Below, piece after piece: positions 13,122 through 24,200 of a DNA stretch of 64,000 bases (positions are counted from its first letter, which is position 1; every line of letters starts with the position of its first letter). A program made the translations under genes and the position numbers. The DNA is from Orbicella franksi (Eukaryota). The notes beneath the pieces were generated by a model, which was given only the letters and a program-made list of their open reading frames with translations, ran no database searches and was not told where the DNA came from. The DNA lies in assembly GCA_964199315.1 (NCBI GenBank), contig OZ116709.1, positions 2,666,001 to 2,730,000 of the forward strand, written 5' to 3'.

Positions 13122-14571
13122 GGGTGAAAGGTGACGAGGACGAAGACGAAGATGAGCAGCCCGTGAAAAGACAAAATTTGGGTACGAAGTTGATGTAGTT
13201 TCAGTTGCAGTGAATAAACATTTTGCCACACAATAAATATATTTACAAATACTTTGATGTTTGTATAAATATATAAGTTAAGGAAGTCCACCTTTACATA
13301 AAAAAAATACTGTCAACAGCATGACAATTTATCTTAATATATAGAGAAGATGTCTTATATCTAGTCTAACATACAGATATCATCATTATTCAGGATGTAT
13401 TCAGGTACCGACAAGGAATAGTGCTTTTGGATATTTTTCTTTGCAGAGTTCTTTGCTGGTGAATTGGTATAAAAATCGACTTCCTTTTACCTTTAATTGA
13501 TTACTTATCATGTATATTATACTGTAGCTTGGGGATTTCCAGGACAGCAGTACGCTTATTCCAATCTACAGTGCTGTCCATCAAATATGATCTGCCCAGG
13601 TTAGTCCCACAGTAATACATGAGATGATGATATTTCCTGTACTCCTCTACACAAAATCCACTCATTTGCGAAGTTTGATACTAAGTATCACAGAATGTAG
13701 TACTTTATTACTATGTATAAAAACTACTCACCCACAAGTATCCGTTCCAGGCACTTGCCTGTAGAACGAAATACCAGGTTTATGACATAAATACCATGAT
13801 ATTTCTGTTCCTTTCCAGGCAAACCACCGTGTGTTCCAAACAACAGTGGTTACAAGGGTTACCAGGGTTACGTCAATTATCCCGGATATCCTAATTACCA
13901 GTCTCCAGCTGCACCAAGCTTTCAGCCTCAAGTAGTCCCCACTCCACCCCAGTACGTAATGACTGCACCACCTGCCAAAGACGGCAAGGCCATTCCAGTG
14001 AAAGCTCGACCAACAGCGGAGCATGCTTCCACAAGGAAGGTGTCCACTGGGAATCACACGGGAAACTCGGGTGCCTTGCCACAAACAAAGGATTTAATTT
14101 CAGATGCGGACGAGTTCGCGGAATATAATGGAACAGAACAAAGCTTTGCAAGGTACAGCTCTAAGCAAAATGAAGAAAAGTACTATAACAGTTCTACCAA
14201 ACACGAAGACGACAAGGAAGATTCTTCTGAGGAGGATGACAACAAAGAATCACAAAAGAAAGAACAAACATCTTCTGATGAACCAGATTACAAGGACGAA
14301 ATCGAGAAAGAAGCTGTTGAGCAAGAGAGAGAAGATGACCGGAAAGCCGAGGAAGAGGGAGACCATAACGACGACAATGATGAAGATGATGATGACGATG
14401 AAGAGGACGAAGATGATGAAGATGAACAGAATGATGACGATGAGGATGAATCGAAGGAGGAGGGACACTCTGAGAATGCTAACACCATGCTAAAGGATGA
14501 CATTAATAACCCCGCTGAACAATCCTTTGCCGTTTCACCCACAGTGCTTCCAGGGATGTGTCCCCCATGTC
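11957..14571 (+). other. Module: signal peptide plus Asp/Glu/Asn/Ser-rich low-complexity region (about 680 aa) with a short Cys/Tyr-rich insert
   Basis: NS(D/E)x tetrapeptide repeats at about 12400-12690. Poly-Asp tracts at about 13057-13120 and 14370-14450. Dibasic sites EKR, RQKR, VKR. Insert [15 protein letters not shown]...[17 protein letters not shown]. Confidence 0.8.
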
Positions 14572-17500
14572 GTGAGTAACACGTGACCTGAGTATCATTA
14601 ATGCATTTGATAATGTAACTTGCAGAGGCTAAGCTTGATCATGTATGATACAATTTCGTGAGTAAAATAGATAACAAATCTACAAGTCAATTTCTTGCTT
14701 TGTGAAGGCCTTCGTTGTCGGAGCCAAGTAACTGAGTTAATAAACGAAGCTTTAGGGTTTAACTTCCTAGTCAAGGAAACATATTAAAATAATTTTTTTA
14801 ATTTGATTATTTTTTTTCGCACTGTTTCAGCGTCTTTGAACTGTAACATTTAGTAATGCTCACTTTAAAAGACACCATTTTTACAGCGTAAAGCAAAACA
14901 ACAGGCTAACATTTGACTGGAGTTGCCACATCTTTCGAAACGCTAATATTTTTTTTCTTTTCTTCTACAGCCAAGCCAACAAAAGCACAAGGTAATAAAT
15001 ATGATTGATTCAGCATTAACATAAACCTTATTAAACGTGAAAGTGTGCTGAAATGCTTGTTACCTGTTATCTTACAACTTGCAAATAGTCAAAAAATTTG
15101 AAATAATGAGTAAGAGGAAATTTATTTATCTTAAGACAGAACATCGCATAGCTAACTTCAAAACCGGATTTAAAAACTGGAATCTCAAAAAGAAAGTGTA
15201 CATTCTTACCTTTTTTCCTCCTTTTTTCGCATTCTCTTTTCTCGTCAGCTTGTAGTGCAAAAATTGACCTAGCTTTATTGATCGATGGCTCTTCAAGTGT
15301 TGAAAGATACGGCGTCGGAAACTTCCGAAGGATTATCGACTTTGTCCGAGGTCTCACGATGGGCTTCGCAATCTCACGAAGAAACACGCGAGTGTCCTTG
15401 ATAGTCTACGGAACAAGACCGAAAATGATCTTCAATTTCCGCAGGTTAGTCCGGAGCAAAATTATTTCGTAGTGTATATTTTTGAATGAAGAGGGGCTTA
15501 GAACTAGCGGAAAGCAAAAAACTTTCAGCGCTTGTTTTTACTTCTCAGCAGAAACGTGGTCATTACGAAAAGCCCATATATTCCCAAAGAGGCCACAATC
15601 TCTGTCACCAGCGTAATAGGAACATGGACTTCGCATAATGAACCATTCACTTAGCGATTAACGTCTATCATTATATTGGGCTTGTTTTAAAACTATACCA
15701 CTGAAATAGGTACTTCGTCCATACCCACTCGGTCTCCAGTGTTAACGAAGTTTATTTGTGTTTGACTTGCTGCCTGGTTCTGGAAATCTAAATTAGCTGT
15801 AAGCCACATTCAACAAGCAGCTCTTAAACAATTAATTTTGAACATTTCAGATACCGGAGTAACACGCGGTTGTTCACTGGGCTCAATCGAGCCATTTACT
15901 ATCCTCGGACTGGTGCAAGAACAGGGCGCGCTCTTAGCTACGCTTATAGGAGGCTTTTCGTGAGAAGTCGACGCACCCGATCTAACAAAGTTGCGGTAGT
16001 TATCACTGATGGCCGCTCGCTTGATGACGTGCACACTATTTCCAAGCAACTGAGAGCCCGCGGAGTCACGATCTTCTCAGTAGGGGTGGGAAGGTACTTC
16101 AACGCAAGGGAACTTGATTCTATGGCAACTGATCCCGACAAGACTCATGTTTTCACGTCGGATTTTAAGCAGTTGCAGTACATCACCAACGATCTCAAGA
16201 AAGCAATATGCTTGAGTAAGTGTTCTGCCTGCAGAGATTCAGCTAAAGACTTCACACGTTTTTAGAACTTTTAGCTTGTGCTGTAACTTCTGAACTGTGT
16301 GCAGAAAAGCAAAGAAAATTTCATGGTCTGTGATGACTTCAACATTGTCACGTGAAAAAGTAGTTTTTGAGATATTTAGCTACTAAACTGCAAAGAGAAA
16401 ATTCGGTGCAGATTAAAAGGCTTCAGGCGCAGACATTTCTCTTCCAGGAAAATTATTTAGAAACAAAAGGATCACGATGACAACTAATTAGCAACATCAT
16501 TCTGTGGAAGCCTTAAATGTAAAGCCACTGATTAAGATGAGTAAGGATGCTGTCGTTACTGTTTTTGTTTTTTTTACATTGTTTCTTTTCAGGTGTGGGT
16601 GGCACTCTTTCAGTTTCTAAACTGCAGCCATGCGTGTGTGGACCAACCAAACCCGTGGGTCCAACAACTCCAGGTTTGTTCAACTAGTGTATTTCTTATT
16701 AAAGTATTCGATTTAAAAGTAGCCTCAGAAAGTGACATAATTTTCAAAAAATTCTTTGCAGTGTCAAAGACAACAAAGAAGCCCGGAGTTCCAGGAGGCC
16801 CTGGAAGCCCCGGTGGACCCGGAGGTCCGGGTGGTCCAGGAGGCCCCGGTGGACCAGGTGGCCCAGGAGGACCCGGGGGATCTCGCCCTGGTCAAATAAC
16901 AAAACCAACTAAAAATCCACCAGGTACGGAATAAATCATGTTAAAAAGTTTGAATTGCCTTAGTGTCCAGCTTTGGCAATACAGTTGTACTATCGACATG
17001 ACATCGAGCAATTTTTTGCTTCAAAAGGAAACCCCGGCGGTCCAGGAGGGCCGGGAGGTCCTGGTGGGCCAGGAGGTCCGAGTGGACCTGGGGGACCTGG
17101 TGGACCGGGTGGACCGGGAGGTCCAGGAGGTCCAGGTGGCCCGGGTGGACCCGGGGGACCAAAAACAACTCCTAAACCGGGAACAACAACAAAGCCCCCA
17201 GGCAAACCTGGAGGCCCCGGTGGTCCAGGAGGTCCAGGCGGTCCCGGTGGCCCGGGGGGACCAGGCGGACCAACAACCAAGAGGCCAGGTAAGCGTTAGA
17301 ACTAAACCTTTGAAGTAAAAGAGGTCTGGCCAGTTTAGTTACATTGGTCATGAGGTAAGTCCTTATGCATTGTACTATTAATAAACTGTTTTAGATATAT
17401 ATTAAAATTTTGTTTGGTAGCGAAACCTAGAGGACACAAACAAAGGAAATTGAATGAGCGTGTTTGTTCTTTTTTCTTGTTTGTTCCTCTAAGCCTCGCT

Positions 17501-20500
17501 ACTTAGCTGAACTCTAATAAGAGCGTTTAAACTTTTAACTTAAGTGGGCTCCCTTTTGAAATATTATTATCATTAGTAGTAGTATTATTATTATTACTAT
17601 TATTATTGGCCTATTTGCACAATACAGCGTGAAATTTACTACTTCAGTAGATGCTTAATTGTCACAGTTGAATGTCGCGCCTGTAGCTTATGAAGAGAAG
17701 AATTGTATTCACTCCACTCAACATTTTTTCTTGCAGGTAAATCTACACGACCTACGACACCAACTAAACATGCTCCGGGAACACCCGGTGGGCCTGGGGG
17801 ACCTGGTGGCCCCGGAGGACCCGGCGGCCCGGGTGGCCCTGGGGGTCCTGGAGGTCCAGGAGGCCCTGGTGGACCCGGTGGAAAGACCACACCTGTTCCA
17901 GGAAAAACTACCAAACCAACTAAACCCACAAAGAAACCAGGAACTCCCGGAGGTCCAAGTGGGCCAGGCGGTCCCGGTGGGCCAGGAGGACCCGGTGGTC
18001 CGGGAGGTCCGGGAGGTCCGGGTGGTCCGGGGGGACCGGGAGGGCCTTCGACACCTCGTCCTGGAAAAACGACAAAACCAACCAAGCCAACGAAGAAACC
18101 GGGTTCACCGGGTGGTCCGGGAGGTCCCAGTGGACCCGGTGGACCAGGGGGCCCAGGAGGACCAGGCGGTCCTGGAGGTCCCGGAGGACCGGGGGGACCA
18201 GGAGGACCTGGAGGACCGGGTGGTCCAGGAGGACCCGGGGGTCCGGGAGGCCCCACGACAAAACCTTCAAGAGCGCCAACCAAGAAGACCAAGCCAACCA
18301 AAAACCCGCCTGGTAAGCCGGGTGGACCCGGTGGACCAAATGGTCCTGGAGGACCTGGAGGACCCGGTGGTCCGGGCGGCCCAGGAGGTCCCGGGGGACC
18401 AGGAGGACCTGGAGGTAACGTATCAGAACACTTTACATTTGCTTAACATCCTGGATTTCCTTGTCAATGGTATTTGACGCTTTTTCTTGATTTATCCAAT
18501 TTCTCTATGCAATTTTCTCGTTTTCTTTCTTCTACCCACCTTGCGTACGGAGGCTGCGCCCGCAATACGAGTGGCAGTCAAAACTAAGCTGTCCTATTGA
18601 AACGACACTCTAATAGTCTTCTTCCTGGAAGCTAACAAAAATAAAGGCAATGCTTAAGTTGTTTTAGCCTCTTCTAATAATTAACTTGAGAATTCCGGAT
18701 TTAATTTGACGGGGCATGCGATGTGTGGCATCACATTTTGCTAGTTCTCGTTGTTGCTGTTTTGCCATTTGGATACGACTTAGACATATTTTGACTGAAT
18801 TAAGCATCAGCACCATTGTGGGAGGCGACGTGGCCGAATGGTTTGCCCGCCGAACTCCGGATCGGGTCCGGGTTCGAGCCCTGGCGGGAGCCATCAGGTT
18901 GTGTTCTTGAGTACGACACTGAACTCTCACAGTGCCTCTTTCTACCCAGGTGTGTAAATGGGTACCAACGAACATGCTGGGGGGTGACCCCCTGAGTGTG
19001 CTAGCTCCGGGGGTAGTAAAACACTGCTAGTCACTTCATGCTACTGAAACAAGGAAAAGCTCAGGCGATATGGACCACTTGGCCTGACGTCGACTTTACC
19101 TTACGCTGTAATAGTTTTCGAGTCGGAAGATTTCCCCACGAACGATCCTGGGTTATCGACTGAGTTCAGCTAAGTTAACACCCTCCGTGTCCCCGTTAAA
19201 TAATAAAAAGGGATTCCTAATGCTGTCGTTTTTGTACACAAAAATAAGGACGGCCTTTGTCTGTAAAAAATATTGAATTACGTTTGAATTCTTTGACACG
19301 TAAAATTACGCGACAGTGGAAACCCACATGAACAGAACTTCCTGTAACGAGAGAAGCGTTGTTATAATGTTTCAGGACCCGGAGGTCCGGGTGGCCCAGG
19401 AGGTCCCGGTGGTCCTTACGGTCCTACAACAAAGAAGCCAGGTACACCAGGAGGGCCCGGGGGCCCTGGAGGGCCAGGAGGGCCCGGTGGACCCACAACC
19501 AAGCGTCCCGGAAAACCAGGTGGGCCCGGAAAACCGGGTGGTCCTGGAGGACCCGGAGGACCCGGTGGTCCGGGGGGCCCAGGAGGTCCCGGGGGACCAG
19601 GCGGTCCAAATGGTCCTAAAACAACAACACCAAGACCAGGTGTACCGACGAAAAAACCGACAACAAGAAAACCGGGAACCCCAGGGGGACCAGGAGGCCC
19701 CGACGGCCCCGGTGGACCCGGTGGTCCGGGAGGACCAGGTACGTCATGTCTCTCCCAGCAATGTTGTTTAGACACGTTTCCACCTGTTATCAGCTCGATT
19801 ATTTTTTAGAAATTTAGGGAAAAGGAGATCGTATAAACTAGGCAATTGGGAAGTACCTTAAAGACCAAATTTCTCCTTAACAAACAAAGTACATTTCAAG
19901 CACAATACATCTTTACTCATAACCTCAAAAATAACAAAATGTAGTTCCTAAACAGGCAGTAAATTATTATGAGTGCATTTGCTTACCCATGTTCAATGTT
20001 CTTTTTTCAAATAAGGCTATTGTCACATCTCTAGGGTTTGTTTAAACTAAACTTACGTTTCTGATAGAACCTTTGGATAGAATTGTTTGTACAATAACAG
20101 GCTGACGTTTCACGGCCTTTGTCTGCAGAGAAAATGGCACTCAGAGGTCAACTTGCGTTGACCTCTGTTTAGTCCAGGAGCCTGTTTTAATCCTCGGAAC
20201 ACAAAGTAATGTTCATATAGAAAATTTTAAGATTCAAGAAATACTAAAGTTGTTGTACATTAGGCTGATTACCGATCTTTGAACTATTTATCAGCAGTAC
20301 TTGCTTTCTTTTGATAATTGTATATTTAATATCTACAAGAAGATAAACAACCAGTATAACGTAATCATGGCTTAGATTTCGTAATTTAATTTCTACAGAC
20401 ACGTTCTTAAGATTGTATAAAGCTTTCATCTTGTCACACTTTAAATTACTGTTCGTCCATATAGCATTTTGGGGGTGCTCCTAATGCTGAAAAATGGACA

Positions 20501-21224
20501 TTCTTAACAAGCGTATTCTTAGATTCATACGTAAGGACTATAACTCGCCCTATGGTAATTTACTGGATAAAATTAACAAGCGCATTCTTAGATTCATACT
20601 TAAGGACAGTAATTCGCCTTATGGTAATTTACTGGATAAAATTAATTCAAAACCTCTGTACATTAGACGCCTTCAAAAGTTTTTAGTTATACTATAGCTA
20701 TCCAAGATATTTAAGTAATATGTTTGCTCTGCACTCAACAACCTACAGTTTACGCGGTAATTATATTGTCTCTTCCTGATGCGAAAACAACAACTTACGG
20801 CCTGCATTCCTTTTCATATTTAGCTGCTAAATTACGAAACTTTTCCGGATTCGCTTTGAACTTCTACTTTTGCGGACTTTAACTCTTTTCCGTAGCATTG
20901 CAACTTGTCCCTAATTTTATTATGTACATAGTTCAGCTCATTCATAATTTTTAGCATATTTATTGTATAAGTATTGCATTTTGTTATATTTATGTTCTCG
21001 AAGATATTAGCTAATTTTAGCTACTTAAAAATTCGAGAGGAAACAAAGTATATGATGATGATGGTGTCATGTCGACAAGTTGTGAGTTATTTAAACAATA
21101 GCCTCCATTTGGCGCGAAAATATGCTCGGATATGGGTATTTGTCCGCGCACATTATCTGTTCCGAGAAGCGAACAGTTTTCCGAGAGCATAACTCCAGGA
21201 AAACTGTGAGCTTCCAGGGACGGA

Positions 21225-21258
<34 letters not shown>

Positions 21259-24200
21259 CTGCCAACTGGAGGCTATTGTGTTTATTATCCTTCACATATT
21301 TGTCGCAACACGCGCGGTTTTGAAATTGAGGAATATCCTCGGATATTCCCCAGTTTCACCTGGGGAATATTCGGTCACGTGACGTGCTTAGACCAATCGC
21401 GCGAACGAAAATATTTGATGGATTATCAACGTTATTGTCATTTCATTTCTGTACATCAGGGGGACCAAACGGTCCGGGGGGTCCAGGTGGACCGGGCGGA
21501 CCTACGACTGCAAAGCCGGGTGTACCAACCAAACCAACAACTCCAACAAAACGTCGACCACCATACCCAGGAGGACCTGGAGGACCCGGCGGGCCCGGAG
21601 GCCCAGGTGGCCCTGGGGGTCCAGGAGGACCCGGTGGACCCGGTGGACCCAAAACTCCTAAGCCTGGTGTACCAACTAAACCAACCAAGCCAACAAAGCG
21701 ACCAGGCAGACCAGGAGGCCCAGGAGGTCCGGGAGGTCCTGGAGGACCTGCAGGTCCCGGAGGGTCCGGTGGGCCCGGTGGTCCGGGCGGGCCTGGAGGT
21801 CCAGGTGGACCAGGAGGGCCAGGTGTGGTTCATATTTGTTTTAAAATTTGTTGAGAACTGTGGAAAGTTAACTTCAGTTCATGAGCTGGGAGTCCTACAC
21901 ATGACTCCGAGATAATTACAATAGAGTTTGTCAAAGTCGAAGACATGTGCTATTCTTGCGACAGTGTTTCTGATTGTTTATAATGAACATAATGGTTTTA
22001 CTGTCCTAGCGAGACTTACCGCTAACAAGTACATTAGCCTTGCAACATAATGCGATGTGAGGGAATACGGCTCGTTCAACATGTGCACCCAACAACAGAA
22101 ACCCAGTGATTTCATATCATTAATATAATGTCTGTTTTTCACTCTTAACTCGGAGTTTGTACCAGGAAAAATGACTCTGAGAAAGTTAAGAAACGTAATA
22201 GGAATTTGCTTCACTTAATTTATTCTTGCATCAAGGCCAGGGGTGACAGCACTTGAGGCAATACTCTATAATCAGTTAGGGCTTTGATGTGGGGTTGAGG
22301 GGATTGCACGGTAACCGGCATTTGGAGCTTGAGAATGGCAGAGCGACTGTTGATTCATTTATTTAAGGTGGACCTGGCGGACCACCAGCGGGGCAACCAA
22401 CATCGCCAGTGACAGAGAAACCGGGTAAGCCAGGAGGTCCGGCAGGTCCCGGTGGACCTGGCGGACCCGGCGGCCCGGGGGGACCAGGAGGACCAGGAGG
22501 ACCGACTGGACCAACCACGCCGACTAAACACGCTGGGAAACCCGGAGGACCTGGGGGACCGGGAGGACCTGGCGGGCCGGGAGGTCCAGGTGGACCAACA
22601 ACTGGACTACCAGGAAAACCAGGGGGACCAGGTGGACCCGGTGGACCGGGAGGACCGGGAGGACCTGGCGGGCCGGGAGGACCGACAACAAAAACACCAG
22701 GCACTCCAGGTAAGAAAGGAATGAGAAAGATCTGATAATCATGTGGGTGACAAAAGACGTCAAAGGCATACATTATGGCATGCAAGAACAAGAGGTCTCT
22801 GAGACCGTGGGAGTGAAGAGTATTAGGAATAACCCTTCAGTTCAGGCAGTTGTTGCATGACCCATACCAGAAAAAAAAGTTCGAAAATGATCCTGAAATC
22901 TACCCAAAAAGATTTTTTAAAAATGCTGTCTCTAAACTTTAGTTCGCTGTGTGTTGCACTCTGGATTCAATGGTCAGAGTTCGCGTCTCGGCCGTTTAAG
23001 ATAATTATCTTGTCTTTACTCTTTTAGTATTGTTAAGCTATTAACACAAACTTACGATTTGCTAGGTAGCTTCACGCTACGATTTTTGTGTTATATTGGC
23101 TCAGAAAAGGCCACACTTTATCTGCAGAAAGTATTCATAGGAATGTTCATTATTTAGGCGGCCCCGGAGGTCCGGGGGGTCCGGGAGGGCCTGGAGGACC
23201 GGGAGGTCCAGGAGGTCCAGGAGGACCCGGTGGTCCCACCACAAAAAAACCGGGATCACCAGGAGGTCCCGGTGGCCCGGGAGGACCTACTACAAAACCA
23301 CCACCCGGTAAACCGGGTGGCCCAGGAGGACCTGGGGGACCAGGAGGCCCCGGAGGCCCTGGAGGACCCGGCGGACCTGGAGGGCCTGGAGGTCCGACTA
23401 CAAAAAGACCAAAACCAGGAAGAACTACACCCACGACGAAGCCAACTAAAAAGCCTGGACGACCAGGAGGTCCGGGGGGACCTGGAGGTCCAGGGGGACC
23501 CGGAGGTCCAGGAGGCCCAGGTGGCCCAGGAGGACCGGGTGGACCAGGAGGACCAGGTGGGCCCAAGACAACAAAACGACCTCCAGGGAAACCAACCAAA
23601 CCTACCAAGACTCCAGGATCACCGGGAGGGCCAGGAGGTCCCGGAGGGCCCGGAGGACCTGGTGGGCCGGGAGGACCCGGTGGCCCCGGTGGACCTGGAG
23701 GACCAAAGACAAAACCTCCCGGTACTATTACAAAACCGACCAAGTATGCGCCTGGAAATCCCGGCGGGCCTGGAGGTCCGGGCGGACCGGGAGGGCCAGG
23801 CGGGCCAGGAGGACCTGGTGGACCAGGAGGGCCAGCTAAGACTACTCCTAAAACACCCAAGACACCAAAACCAGGTTAGAAAGAATAATAAGGCATTATA
23901 GCCGAGAAATGTGTCAAAATACTAACTGTAAATTTTTCATTATTCTTTCCCCTCTGCCTTGATGGTAATTCAAGTAATGTGACTGCATCTGCATTTTATC
24001 ACATAGAACAGATTTAAGTTGAGTGTGGAAAGTAACTCACATTTGCTTTGGTTTGTGTGCCACTGTCTACGTGAATGTTTTATAAAAATCTCGTTTTTTT
24101 TATTTGGCTTATACAAATCTTACGTTGTCATCCAGTCAGAAGTAAAACCAAAACCAAACGTATCTCTCTCACACGTTTCCCAGTGGTTCAAGTCAACTAC

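Noticed and set aside
13394-13404. 11-nt microexon (CAG|GATGTATTCAG|GT)
   Set aside because: It breaks the frame with downstream exons, alone or combined with the 12-nt candidate.
12251-14542. Poly-His, poly-Ile, poly-Met and poly-Ser ORFs
   Set aside because: Alternative-frame or antisense shadows of the GAT/GAC poly-Asp and NSD repeats.
11957-14579. ORFs 11957-13198 and 13959-14579 as two stand-alone genes
   Set aside because: Both have phase-1 donors just before their stops (13182, 14572) and join in frame through exon 13528-13599. The second has no signal peptide or start of its own. Kept only as possible short isoforms.
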